Shown here piece by piece: positions 1 to 8,499 of a stretch of 32,000 nucleotides of DNA. The notes under the pieces were generated by a model. It saw only the letters and a program-made list of their open reading frames with translations. It made no database searches and had not been told where the DNA came from. Source of the DNA: Ktedonobacterales bacterium (lineage in GTDB: Bacteria; Chloroflexota; Ktedonobacteria; Ktedonobacterales; JADMIN01); assembly GCA_030167145.1 (NCBI GenBank), contig CP126532.1, positions 210,001-242,000 on the forward strand. The letters run 5' to 3'. A program made the position numbers and the translations under genes. Each line of letters begins with the position of its first letter. Positions within the stretch are counted from its first letter, which is position 1.

Positions 1-1082
1 AACGCCTATTTGGCCCAATCTGCAGCCATTGGGACGCCATAGCCGAAGGCATCCTTGCTCCTTTTCGACCCCTGTACCAGGCACGCCATCCTTTTACATC
101 GCTAGATATGGCGCGCTTCGGCCTCTCGGCGATCCAGTCAGCAAAGGGACTTGCCGAACGCAGATTTCAAGGTGCGCGTGCGCGCGCCGTCTTCGCGGGT
201 ATGGCCGCGCACTCCATGCTTCCCCTCGAACAGCCTCTCAGCGCTGCTGCGGGATTAGTGCTCGGCTCACTCGCGCATGCCGTCGGCTGGCCCATACCCA
301 GAGGCGGCTCGCAGACCATTGTAGATGCGCTCGCCGCGTACCTACGCTCACTTGGTGGTGAGATTGTAACCGGAGCCGAGATCAAGTACCTGGACGAATT
401 GCCATCCGCGCACGCGGTTTTCTGTGACGTAACGCCACGACAATTGCTAAACATCGCGAAGGGCAAGCTTCCAGAGAGCTATGCTGCCGCGCTTCAGCGC
501 TACCGCTATGGGCCAGGCGTCTTCAAGCTCGACCTCGCACTGGATGGCCCGATCCCGTGGACGGCTCCGGAATGCGCCAAGGCGGGAACAATCCATGTCG
601 GCGGCGTACTGGAAGACATCGCATCCAGCGAACGCAGTGTATGGCGCAACCTACCCAGTGAACAGCCGTTCGTGTTGATCGCCCAGCAAAGCCTCTTCGA
701 TCCCACGCGAGCGCCCGCAGGGAAACACACCGTCTGGGCCTACTGCCACGTGCCCAATGGGCATGAAGTAGACATGACGGAACGCATTGAGGCGCAAATC
801 GAACGCTTCGCTCCAGGATTTCGCGACCGTATCATTGCCCGACACAGCTACAACGCTTGCCAAATGGAGCGCTACAACGCGAATTACGTTGGCGGCGACA
901 TCAATGGCGGCGTGCAAGATATGTGGCAGCACTTCACCCGGCCAACAGTCCGTCCTGATCCGTATTCGACCCCGGTGAAGGGCCTATACATCTGTTCATC
1001 CTCCACACCACCGGGCGGCGGCGTGCATGGCATGTGCGGCTACTTTGCCGCGCAGTCAGCGCTACGCCATGATTTTGCGTGA
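1..1082 (+). CDS. NAD(P)/FAD-dependent oxidoreductase of the phytoene-desaturase (CrtI-like) family, 5'-truncated by the window edge
   Basis: Frame 3 is open from nt 3 to TGA at 1080-1082. My translation of nt 3-107 is RLFGPICSHWDAIAEGILAPFRPLYQARHPFTSLD with no stop, so the ORF-track ATG at 108 is internal. Segments VFAGMAAHSMLPLEQPLSAAAGLVLG, GWPIPRGGSQTIVDAL, YNANYVGGDINGG and LYICSSSTPPGGGVHGMCG fit the C-terminal two thirds of CrtI-like/amine-oxidase-fold enzymes. Confidence 0.75.
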   Translation, partial: RLFGPICSHWDAIAEGILAPFRPLYQARHPFTSLDMARFGLSAIQSAKGLAERRFQGARARAVFAGMAAHSMLPLEQPLSAAAGLVLGSLAHAVGWPIPRGGSQTIVDALAAYLRSLGGEIVTGAEIKYLDELPSAHAVFCDVTPRQLLNIAKGKLPESYAAALQRYRYGPGVFKLDLALDGPIPWTAPECAKAGTIHVGGVLEDIASSERSVWRNLPSEQPFVLIAQQSLFDPTRAPAGKHTVWAYCHVPNGHEVDMTERIEAQIERFAPGFRDRIIARHSYNACQMERYNANYVGGDINGGVQDMWQHFTRPTVRPDPYSTPVKGLYICSSSTPPGGGVHGMCGYFAAQSALRHDFA

Positions 1083-1183
1083 TAAAGCACAGAGGCAGCG
1101 CATGTTTGTCCAGCCAGTGCGGGTACCGCATGCAAACTGAAGTCGTTGGCATAGCACGACAGCCAACCCTGATGTTCGTCTGC

Positions 1184-4168
1184 TCACCACTCCGCCAACT
1201 TCCAAATCTCTGGTTGGACACTGCCCGCCTCAACACCGATTTCAGCATAGATCGCCACGGACTGTTTTAGATGAGCGAAAGCGGCTTCCGGCTGCCCTGC
1301 GCCATGCAGCAGATCTGCCATGTTGTTGTGCAGTGCAGCCTCATGATGGCGATCTCCTTGCGCCACACACAGCGCCAGCGCCTCCGCCGCTGCGTCGAGC
1401 GCATTCCCTACCTCACCACGAGCGCCCAATACCAGCGCCAGATTATTGAGCGCGGAAGCACGCACTCCCATATCGTTCAATCGCCCCGCCAGAGTCAAAC
1501 TTTGCTCAAAATGATAAACGGCGTCGTCCAGATTTCCTCTCCCGCTGGCCAGGATTCCCAAAATATTGTGGGCTTGAGCGAGCGCCTGCACCTCATCGTC
1601 CTTCGTGGCGAGTTCCATTGCTTGCTGTGCGTATATCTGCGCCCGGTCAACTGCATTCTGACGATGGGCAATCAGGCTCCAATCCGCAAAGATACGTGCG
1701 CGCTCGCCTCCAGCCTCGGCTACATCAAGAGACTGAAGCGCCGCCTCTAAATGGCTTCCTGCAAGATCCAGTTCGCCACGGCGCGCATACACATTGCCCA
1801 CTTTGTGTTCCACGCGCGCACGCTCACACGAGTCTGCCAGTTCAATGGCCAGCTCATAACTCTTCAGCGCTGCCATATATGCGCCCAAGAGCGTCTGCAA
1901 ATCACCGATAGCCTCGTGAAGTTTGCCTACATCAGCATGACCCAATCCACGCGCCATCTCAAAATGCGCCAGAGCCTCCGCGTTTGCGTACAGTGCGCGC
2001 GCATACATCCCTGCCATCACAAAGTACTCTGCCGCGACCGCGTCATTGCCAGCCATAAGATGGTGACGTGCGATCTGGCCCGCCAGCGCGCCTTTATCGC
2101 CTGATTGTATCGTTCTCAGCAGCGCCTCTGCGGTGCGTCTATGCAATAGACGCCGACGTGCGAGGCTGGTGCTCTCGTAGACGAGCGTTCTCAGTTTCTC
2201 ATGGCCAAAGTCGTACAGTAGCTGCCGCTTACTGGTCTCCCCACGTAGTTCGACAACCAGGCCAAGTGCGGCCAGTTCTTCTAGCGCCAGCACCACCTCT
2301 TCTTCGCCCCGCCCACTCACCTCATGCACAATATCGAAGTCAAAGGAGCGGCCGATAACGGCAGCAGTTGCGAGTATCTGGCTCCCGGTCTCACTCGTAT
2401 CATGCAATCTCGACCAGAGCAGATCACGCACACCGCCCGGTAACGACCAGGTTGATTCCTCTGGCGCAAGCATTCCCTCCTGCAACGCCGTGAGGTAGGC
2501 TTCAAGAAACAAGGGCAGCCCTTCGGTCTCCCGATAGAGCCGCTTCCCCAAATCAGACGTGCGTTCGTGCGGCGCTGGCATAGCCACCTGCATCAATTCA
2601 GTGACGTCGTCTGGGCCAAGGCGCGCAAGCGTGATTATATTGATATTTCCCTGTCGCCGTGCTTCCGAAACTAATTGCTGGATACCGCGATCATCAACCA
2701 TTTCATTCCGCCGATGAGCAAGTAGGAGGCATATTCTTGCCCCGCGCAGCCTGCGCACCATATACGTGAGGAATGAGCAGGTTGCGCTATCGGCCCACTG
2801 CACATCATCAATGAAGAGCACTGCGGGCCTTGCATTTCCAGTGTCGCCACATGCTGCCATCAGCGTCAGGCGCAATCCCTCGTAAAAACGTGTTTGCGCT
2901 CCCGGGCCACTGTGTGCCTGTGGTGCGGTCAGCCCAGCATGCGCAAGCGCGAACTCTGGCACAAGTCTGCTGGCCTCCGCCAACCAGGGTTCAGCCACCT
3001 GTTCGAGTCGGTGCGCGCACTGCGGTTGTGCCAGCGCCGCACGCAGCACAGATGAGATCGGCATGTACGCGAGGTGCGCCTCGCCTTCAAAGCAGCGCGC
3101 TGCCACTGTCGTTGCGCCCCGCTCATGTGCGTATGCGAGAAATTCCTCCGCCAGGCGTGTCTTGCCGATGCCCGCCTCGCCTTCCAGGAGCACGACGCAA
3201 CCATCGCCCCTGATGCTATTGTAGAGGTCAGTCAGCGTGGCCCATTCATGAACTCTTCCGACAAACGGGTACGAAATACCTGCTCGGCGGTTCAGACCTA
3301 CAGATGAGCTAGTTGAAACTGCATCTGGCATCGCTTCTATCGGTGTATCGGAACCACGTCTCACCGGCATGGAGGAGAATGGCACAGAGATCTCGCCAGG
3401 TGGCGCCAGTTCATCTTCGCGAATCTGCTGGCAAAGCCGTCGTGTTGCCTCCAACGGCGCCACCCCTAGCTCGTTTTCCAGTATGTGGGCGCATTCTTGA
3501 TATTGACGCAAGGCCGCTCCACGCTGCCCAGACCAGGCATAGATCTGCATCAAGCGACAATGAGCGGGTTCGTGCAAGCGGTCAAGCACAAGCCATCGCT
3601 GGGCATAGTTCAGTGCAAGTTCATACTCCCCCAGACGGCTGTAGCCAAGCGAGAGACGATCCAGCACTTTGGCCAATTCTTGCCTCAACCATTGCCGCTG
3701 AGCAAATTGCCAATCCTCGAATGTCGTGCTATCACGCAGACTGAACCCCGCCAGAAAGTCATCTCGATACAGTGCTACAGCGTCGGCCAGGAGCGGAAGG
3801 CAATCTGTGCATACATCGCCATCACTATGCCCATGTGTTCTGCATTGAGCAATACCACTCAGAAATGCGCTCACATCGCACCATAAGTCAGCATGCACCG
3901 CAAGACCAAGTGTATCGCGTTCTATCGCAAGCCAGTCTCCTGCCAGCGCTTTGTTCAGCGACGACAATGTACGCCGTAAGGTAGCGCGTGCGTGGGCTTC
4001 ATCATAGTCGGGCCAGAGCAAGGCTGCCAGGGCATCCCGGCTATGACGCTGCTGTGTGACGGCAAGATAGATAAGAAGTGCGACAGCCTTTCGTGTATCA
4101 AGCAGCACAGAATCGCCAGTGATTTCGATTCGGGGCGTACCCAATGCGTAGAGAGTCAAACGCGACAT
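1184..4168 (-). CDS. Large SARP/AfsR-type regulator: winged-helix + BTAD + AAA/STAND-type ATPase + C-terminal TPR array (994 aa)
   Basis: The N-terminus [36 protein letters not shown] is an OmpR/SARP-type DNA-binding domain. The BTAD region reads [54 protein letters not shown]. Walker A is GEAGIGKT and Walker B is [12 protein letters not shown] long Ala/Leu-rich TPR-like repeat region runs to the C-terminus. I placed the start at ATG 4168 (GGAGG lies 7 nt upstream) rather than the ORF-track start at 4318, whose extra 50 aa look non-coding. Confidence 0.85.
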   Translation of the reverse strand: MSRLTLYALGTPRIEITGDSVLLDTRKAVALLIYLAVTQQRHSRDALAALLWPDYDEAHARATLRRTLSSLNKALAGDWLAIERDTLGLAVHADLWCDVSAFLSGIAQCRTHGHSDGDVCTDCLPLLADAVALYRDDFLAGFSLRDSTTFEDWQFAQRQWLRQELAKVLDRLSLGYSRLGEYELALNYAQRWLVLDRLHEPAHCRLMQIYAWSGQRGAALRQYQECAHILENELGVAPLEATRRLCQQIREDELAPPGEISVPFSSMPVRRGSDTPIEAMPDAVSTSSSVGLNRRAGISYPFVGRVHEWATLTDLYNSIRGDGCVVLLEGEAGIGKTRLAEEFLAYAHERGATTVAARCFEGEAHLAYMPISSVLRAALAQPQCAHRLEQVAEPWLAEASRLVPEFALAHAGLTAPQAHSGPGAQTRFYEGLRLTLMAACGDTGNARPAVLFIDDVQWADSATCSFLTYMVRRLRGARICLLLAHRRNEMVDDRGIQQLVSEARRQGNINIITLARLGPDDVTELMQVAMPAPHERTSDLGKRLYRETEGLPLFLEAYLTALQEGMLAPEESTWSLPGGVRDLLWSRLHDTSETGSQILATAAVIGRSFDFDIVHEVSGRGEEEVVLALEELAALGLVVELRGETSKRQLLYDFGHEKLRTLVYESTSLARRRLLHRRTAEALLRTIQSGDKGALAGQIARHHLMAGNDAVAAEYFVMAGMYARALYANAEALAHFEMARGLGHADVGKLHEAIGDLQTLLGAYMAALKSYELAIELADSCERARVEHKVGNVYARRGELDLAGSHLEAALQSLDVAEAGGERARIFADWSLIAHRQNAVDRAQIYAQQAMELATKDDEVQALAQAHNILGILASGRGNLDDAVYHFEQSLTLAGRLNDMGVRASALNNLALVLGARGEVGNALDAAAEALALCVAQGDRHHEAALHNNMADLLHGAGQPEAAFAHLKQSVAIYAEIGVEAGSVQPEIWKLAEW

Positions 4169-4191
4169 GTCCGAACCTCCATTGCCACGGC

Positions 4192-4220
4192 AGTATACTG
4201 GCATAGGCAGCAAATAGCAA
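4192..4220 (-). promoter_or_regulatory. Candidate sigma70-type promoter of the SARP gene: TTGCTA-N17-TATACT
   Basis: On the minus strand the -35 TTGCTA lies at 4220-4215, followed by a 17-nt spacer and the -10 TATACT at 4197-4192. The -10 ends 23 nt upstream of ATG 4168, leaving room for the GGAGG Shine-Dalgarno. The -10 sits inside the 8-bp palindrome AGTATACT (4192-4199). Confidence 0.4.
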
Positions 4221-4330
4221 TAGCGCGCATGCGCTCCTATCCAGTGTTCTGTAGGCTGGCCCAAGATATGCTGATGAGCACACATATCTACTGCCCGCGC
4301 AACCATTGGCGAGCTCACGTGAGGAAAACA

Positions 4331-4747
4331 ATGGCACGAGTCCTGATCGTAGATGACGAAGCAGACATTCGCATGGTCGTCCGTAGCATACTAGAAGATG
4401 AAGGATATGAAGTCATTGAAGCATCCAGCGGAAGCGAAGCGCTTATTCAGCTTCGTACCGCCGCAGATCCACTTGTCGTCCTCGTTGACCTTCGCATGCC
4501 ACACATCAACGGCTTCGAGTTGCTACAGCAAATAGATGACGATGCGACTCTCGCCACTCGTCATTCCTACATCATCTTCAGCGGCGATACCGAATCATTG
4601 CCAGTCGTCCGCGCGATACGTGCATCAATCGTCGTCACCACTCTACCTAAGCCCTATGACATGGACGCGCTACTCACGACAGTTGGCGAGGCAGCAGCAG
4701 CCACGGCCACGCACGACCATTCGGACCTCAGTCATCCAGACGACTGA
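4331..4747 (+). CDS. Stand-alone response-regulator receiver (CheY-like, no output domain), 138 aa
   Basis: [14 protein letters not shown]... carries the acidic pair D8/D9, the phospho-acceptor context VVLVDLRMP (D53), IIFSGD (S84) and LPKPYD (K107). GAGGA lies 6 nt upstream of the ATG at 4331. The ORF-track start at 3992 overlaps the SARP gene in antisense and is rejected. Confidence 0.85.
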   Translation: MARVLIVDDEADIRMVVRSILEDEGYEVIEASSGSEALIQLRTAADPLVVLVDLRMPHINGFELLQQIDDDATLATRHSYIIFSGDTESLPVVRAIRASIVVTTLPKPYDMDALLTTVGEAAAATATHDHSDLSHPDD

Positions 4748-4771
4748 ATGAACGTGCCATTCAAGCGTACA

Positions 4772-5365
4772 TCACTCAGGGCCAAGATTTCGTAACGCCC
4801 GCATAATCAACTCCTCGATGCTGCCACTTGCATCCTCAGGCAATGTTCGCACCGCAGCAGCGGCTTGCGGAGCCGAGTATCCCAGGCCAGTAAGGGCTTC
4901 GATCACCTGCGCACGCACATTCCCCGAACTACCACCAGCACCTGCAGGTAGCAATTCGCCGCCCATTTTCTCAAAGCGCGGGCGCAACTCAAGCACCAGC
5001 CGTGCGGCTAGCTTTCTGCCAACACCTGGCGCAAGTGTCAATCGCGCTAGATCTTCCGACAGCACAGCGTCACGCAAAGTCGGTCCAGACATCCCGGATA
5101 ACAATGCGATACCAATCCGTGGACCGACCCCACTTACTGAAAGCAACACTTCGAACGTGTCACGGTCATCCGCTGTTGAGAAACCATACAGCGTGAGCGC
5201 ATCCTCTCGTACCAGCAGATAGGTGTGTAAGTGCGCCTGTTCGCCAGGATTGTGCTTGCCCAGCGTCGTCAGTGGCACGAAAATTCGTAGGGTGACACCA
5301 CCTACCGCCACGAAAAGGCTATCGAGCGTCTTTCCTTCCACCGTTCCACGTACAGCAGCAATCAT
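4772..5365 (-). CDS. ruvA: Holliday junction branch-migration complex subunit RuvA
   Basis: 197 aa. The N-terminus MIAAVRGTVEGKTLDSLFVAVGGVTLRIFVP is OB-like. Two helix-hairpin-helix segments are present (LLSVSGVGPRIGIALLS and LTLAPGVGRKLAARLVLEL), followed by a small C-terminal domain. The gene lies 31 bp downstream of ruvC on the same strand. Confidence 0.9.
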   Translation of the reverse strand: MIAAVRGTVEGKTLDSLFVAVGGVTLRIFVPLTTLGKHNPGEQAHLHTYLLVREDALTLYGFSTADDRDTFEVLLSVSGVGPRIGIALLSGMSGPTLRDAVLSEDLARLTLAPGVGRKLAARLVLELRPRFEKMGGELLPAGAGGSSGNVRAQVIEALTGLGYSAPQAAAAVRTLPEDASGSIEELIMRALRNLGPE

Positions 5366-5396
5366 GGGCCAAACCTCATCACGGACTCTTCACGCT

Positions 5397-5906
5397 CTAT
5401 CCTGCAAAATGTGTCGTATGCAAATGGCAAATAGCGATGGCGGCGGCATCCGCAGCGTCATCGGGTTTCGGCACGCTTGGTAGACGGAGCAGCACTCGCA
5501 CCATCTCCCCGACCTGCTCCTTGGTTGCGAGTCCATACCCATGTACGGCTTGCTTGACATGCATAGGTTTATACTCACAGACTCGCAACCTCGCTTCGGC
5601 AGCCACGAGCAGAGCAACGCCGCGCGCCTGGCCAACGCTAATAATGGTGGTGGTGTTCTTGGCAAAGAACAATTCTTCCACCGCCATCTCCGACGGCCCA
5701 TGCTCACGCACGATCTCCGCGAGATCGTGATACAGGCGTAGCAATCGCTCTGGCATCGCTTGACTCTTCGACGTCTCGATCACGCCACATACCACCAGCG
5801 AAAGCTTGCCGCGCACCTCTTCGATGATCGCATAGCCCAAACGCGCAGACCCTGGATCTACCCCAAGCGCCCGCCGATGCTGTGGCTCTGTTGTTTTAGC
5901 GTCCAC
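5397..5906 (-). CDS. ruvC: Crossover junction endodeoxyribonuclease RuvC
   Basis: 169 aa. LGVDPGSARLGYAIIEE carries the first catalytic Asp, AVEELFFAKN the Glu, and KPDDAADAAAIAICH the C-terminal acidic residues. The gene lies 18 bp downstream of yebC. Confidence 0.9.
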   Translation of the reverse strand: MDAKTTEPQHRRALGVDPGSARLGYAIIEEVRGKLSLVVCGVIETSKSQAMPERLLRLYHDLAEIVREHGPSEMAVEELFFAKNTTTIISVGQARGVALLVAAEARLRVCEYKPMHVKQAVHGYGLATKEQVGEMVRVLLRLPSVPKPDDAADAAAIAICHLHTTHFAG

Positions 5907-5924
5907 GCGACACCAACCTGAGTG

Positions 5925-6686
5925 CTACCCTTCGTATTTCTCCGCAAATTCGTTTGCTATTTCAGCATTCGTATACACATTCTGCACATCGTCGAGGTCC
6001 TCAAGCCGATCAATCAAGCGTAACGTTTGTAACGCTTCCTTTTCGGAGAGTTCCACCCTCGTTTTCGGCACCAGTGTGCTTTCGGCCCGCACAACATCCA
6101 GCTTCTTTGCCTCCAGCGCTTTGCGCACGCCTTCGAGTTGCGTTGGCTCAGTGTATACTGTCAGCTCGTCGTCGCCGTCACTATATTCGTCAACATCCTC
6201 GGCCCCGCTATCAATCACCTCCAGCGTGAGTTCGTCGGGGTCGCGCCCATTGAGCGCCACCGCGATCACCCCACGCGGCTCAAAAATCCAGTCCACGCAA
6301 CCCATCTCACCCAGGTTGCCAGCATTCTTGTTGAAGACATTGCGAATCTCAGCGGCGGCGCGGTTGCGATTGTCAGTCATCACCTGCACCATGATCGCGG
6401 CGCCACCCGGCGCATAGCCCTCGTAATTGATTTCATCTAGCGAAATGCCTTCGCCGCTGCCCTGCGCACGCTTGATGGTGCGCTCAATGTTGTCCATCGG
6501 CATGTTTGCCTCGCGGGCGCGCTGAATCGCCATGCGTAGCCGGAAATTGGCATCGGGATCACCGCCACCGCCCTCGCGCACCGCAACGACAAGTTCACGA
6601 CCAAGACGAGTGAACAGTTGGCCACGCTTCGCGTCGTTAACGCCCTTCTGCCGCCGAATCTGATGCCATTTAGAGTGACCAGACAT
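5925..6686 (-). CDS. yebC: YebC/PmpR-family DNA-binding transcriptional regulator
   Basis: 253 aa. The N-terminus [62 protein letters not shown] is the family hallmark. The yebC-ruvC-ruvA order is the classical synteny. Confidence 0.9.
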   Translation of the reverse strand: [253 protein letters not shown]

Positions 6687-6869
6687 CGCTCCATCGCCCC
6701 CTTCTATCGTGTTTCCGCCAGCTACGCCGTCGGCTGGCGAATCGCGGTATCGCTCATACCGAAATGCCCAGCATAAGCCGTTCCTTGATGTGCGTCTTCT
6801 TCAGCGCCGCAAGGGCCGTCAAAGCGTGGGCAAGCTGCCACAGGCGCTAAAAATGCAGCGCGCCAGCGT

Positions 6870-6898
6870 ATTGTATCACCTGCTGCTGGCAGTGCCAA
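6870..6898 (-). promoter_or_regulatory. Near-consensus extended -10 promoter for yebC-ruvC-ruvA: TTGGCA-N17(TG)-TACAAT
   Basis: On the minus strand the -35 TTGGCA lies at 6898-6893, followed by a 17-nt spacer ending in TGa (TG at 6878-6877) and the -10 TACAAT at 6875-6870. The implied 5' leader to the yebC ATG at 6686 is about 175-180 nt. Confidence 0.55.
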
Positions 6899-6947
6899 AC
6901 CGCATAAATGATGCCCAGCATCGCCCGCAACGACCGCACGGACAGCA

Positions 6948-8414
6948 TCACCACTGAAAAGCGCTCACCGCTGCCCATTCGTCTTGTGTCGCCGTTTGCC
7001 ACTCGAAGAACGAAACGCCAATACAGCCAAGCTCATGCGCGCTCTGCATATCAGCGGTAATCTCCGCACCAGTTGGTGAGTTCTGGCCGCCAATCCCATC
7101 ATCCGTGAACATGTCGTAAGTCTGGCCAAGCTCCTCGATGGGCAGCATGGCATTTGTGCCCAGACTGCCAAGCGCGGCGCGTATCGTCGTAATGGAGCGG
7201 CTCACGAAACGCTCAACATCCTGCGCGCTGTACTGCCGTCCTGCGCGGCTGTGCCAGTAATCCATCGGCGCAATCACATTCCAGCTTGCCGCTATCGCCG
7301 CATACGGATAGTACGACTGCGCGAACGGATGATAGACCGCCGAGACAAGCAACGTATCAGAGCCAAGCAGCGCTCGCAGCAACTGACCATAGGTATAGAC
7401 GCTGGCGCTGTCGTCAACCTCTTCCACATCTGTCGCAATGCCATCAGGATGATCTCCCGTCGGCGTCACATAGTTGGCAACCTGCTGCGTCATCCGCACA
7501 TCCGCGCTTATGTCTTTGAGATATGGGTAAACCCAGGCAATGACCGCGATCCCAGCGGCATGTGCGGCTGGCAACAGCCGGTCAAGCGAATTGGGCGCAT
7601 AGAAGCCATACGTGCTGATGGCAACCTCGGCATAGATATGCGTAATCCCCGCCAGCTTGGCCGCATGCATCAGCGTCGCTATATCCGCATGATGCGTGAG
7701 GTAGTTTGTGAACCACATGCCCTTCCCGGCCACTGGCGTCCATATGGGTTTACCACTCACCTCATGTGTCGCAGGGTCCGCCGCGTTCACACGAACAGCG
7801 CCACTCCACACCCAACCGCTTGCAGCGGATGTCCGCACCTGATACCAGGGATGCCCCTGCGCATCGCTGGCCCAGGCCAAGGTCGTCACCACAGAACCAA
7901 TGGCAAGGCCGGCCATTGGCAGCGACGTATCATCTGGTCGCGTATATAGGGTCGTCGGCGCGCTGACCGCGCCGGAAACCGTCAGTGGCCATAGCCCATG
8001 GCTTGCGGGCAATATATTCGTGGACGGATCGGGAACCCCTGGAAACTCGCACGCCCCCTCTTCAGCATGCTGCGGAGGAGTGGCCTTGAGCGCATCCGCC
8101 GTCACATAGCCATCTATGCCGCTCCAGAAGCGTACATGTTGCCAGGTTGAGCTACCGGACTTCACCTGCTCCAGCGCCGAAACGTCAGTGCCGCCGAGTA
8201 GCGCCGTCAGTTGCGCGGATTGCGCTGTCGGCTTAGCATAGACCGGCGTGCAGGGCTGCTGCACATACAGCAGTGTGGGCGCAGTGGACAGCCTAGCCAC
8301 AGCGGCGGCGCGTGAGACATCACCGCACACCAGCGCCACACAGACACACAGAATTAGTGCGCCCTCCACGGCCAGGCACCCCGCTCGCCTTGCTGCCCGT
8401 CTATTTGGTAGCAC
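6948..8414 (-). CDS. Secreted or membrane-anchored protein with two SH3b-like domains and a C-terminal TIM-barrel glycoside-hydrolase-like domain (function uncertain)
   Basis: 488 aa with a GTG start at 8414; GAGGGAG lies 8 nt upstream. The N-terminus RRAARRAGCLAVEGALILCVCVALVCG looks like a signal or anchor. Two SH3b-like segments are present (...TWQHVRFWSGIDGYVTADAL and ...HPWYQVRTSAASGWVWSGAVRV). The C-terminal region GMWFTNYLTHHADIATLMHAAKLAGITHIYAEV...IAVIAWVYPY...GIATDVEE...PMDYW resembles the uncharacterised GH-like (GHL/DUF4015-type) families. That domain assignment is tentative. Confidence 0.6.
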   Translation of the reverse strand: MLPNRRAARRAGCLAVEGALILCVCVALVCGDVSRAAAVARLSTAPTLLYVQQPCTPVYAKPTAQSAQLTALLGGTDVSALEQVKSGSSTWQHVRFWSGIDGYVTADALKATPPQHAEEGACEFPGVPDPSTNILPASHGLWPLTVSGAVSAPTTLYTRPDDTSLPMAGLAIGSVVTTLAWASDAQGHPWYQVRTSAASGWVWSGAVRVNAADPATHEVSGKPIWTPVAGKGMWFTNYLTHHADIATLMHAAKLAGITHIYAEVAISTYGFYAPNSLDRLLPAAHAAGIAVIAWVYPYLKDISADVRMTQQVANYVTPTGDHPDGIATDVEEVDDSASVYTYGQLLRALLGSDTLLVSAVYHPFAQSYYPYAAIAASWNVIAPMDYWHSRAGRQYSAQDVERFVSRSITTIRAALGSLGTNAMLPIEELGQTYDMFTDDGIGGQNSPTGAEITADMQSAHELGCIGVSFFEWQTATQDEWAAVSAFQW

Positions 8415-8499
8415 CCTGGTCGCTCCCTCGTCTAGCGCACTGCTTTGACCGCTCGCCGCGCTGGCTGCGTATCTGGAACACAGGCCCGCCAGCGTATTA

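Noticed and set aside
1184-4168. Reading the ATPase-TPR protein as an antiviral STAND (Avs-like) defence NTPase.
   Set aside because: Its N-terminal effector is a winged-helix plus BTAD DNA-binding module typical of AfsR/SARP transcription activators. It is not a nuclease, protease, TIR or other cell-killing domain. There is no defence-island context.
3992-4330. The long N-terminal extensions offered by the ORF track. These include 3992 for the receiver, 4318 for the SARP, 19084, 21487, 22889, 25689, 28232 and 31815.
   Set aside because: The extensions lack Shine-Dalgarno support. They overlap neighbouring genes or operators and add non-homologous residues ahead of canonical family N-termini. 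Internal ATG/GTG starts with GGAGG-like sites were preferred.
4772-5906. Absence of ruvB after ruvC-ruvA, considered as a possible deletion or pseudogene trace.
   Set aside because: Only 24 bp separate the ruvA stop from the convergent receiver gene, so there is no room for a remnant. ruvB is unlinked from ruvA in various bacteria and is probably encoded elsewhere.
6709-6957. An 82-aa plus-strand ORF that almost exactly fills the yebC-upstream intergenic gap.
   Set aside because: It has a GTG start with no Shine-Dalgarno. The R/Q/H-rich sequence ends in a His run and has no recognisable fold. The region is better explained as the promoter and leader of the minus-strand yebC operon, where a near-consensus promoter was found.
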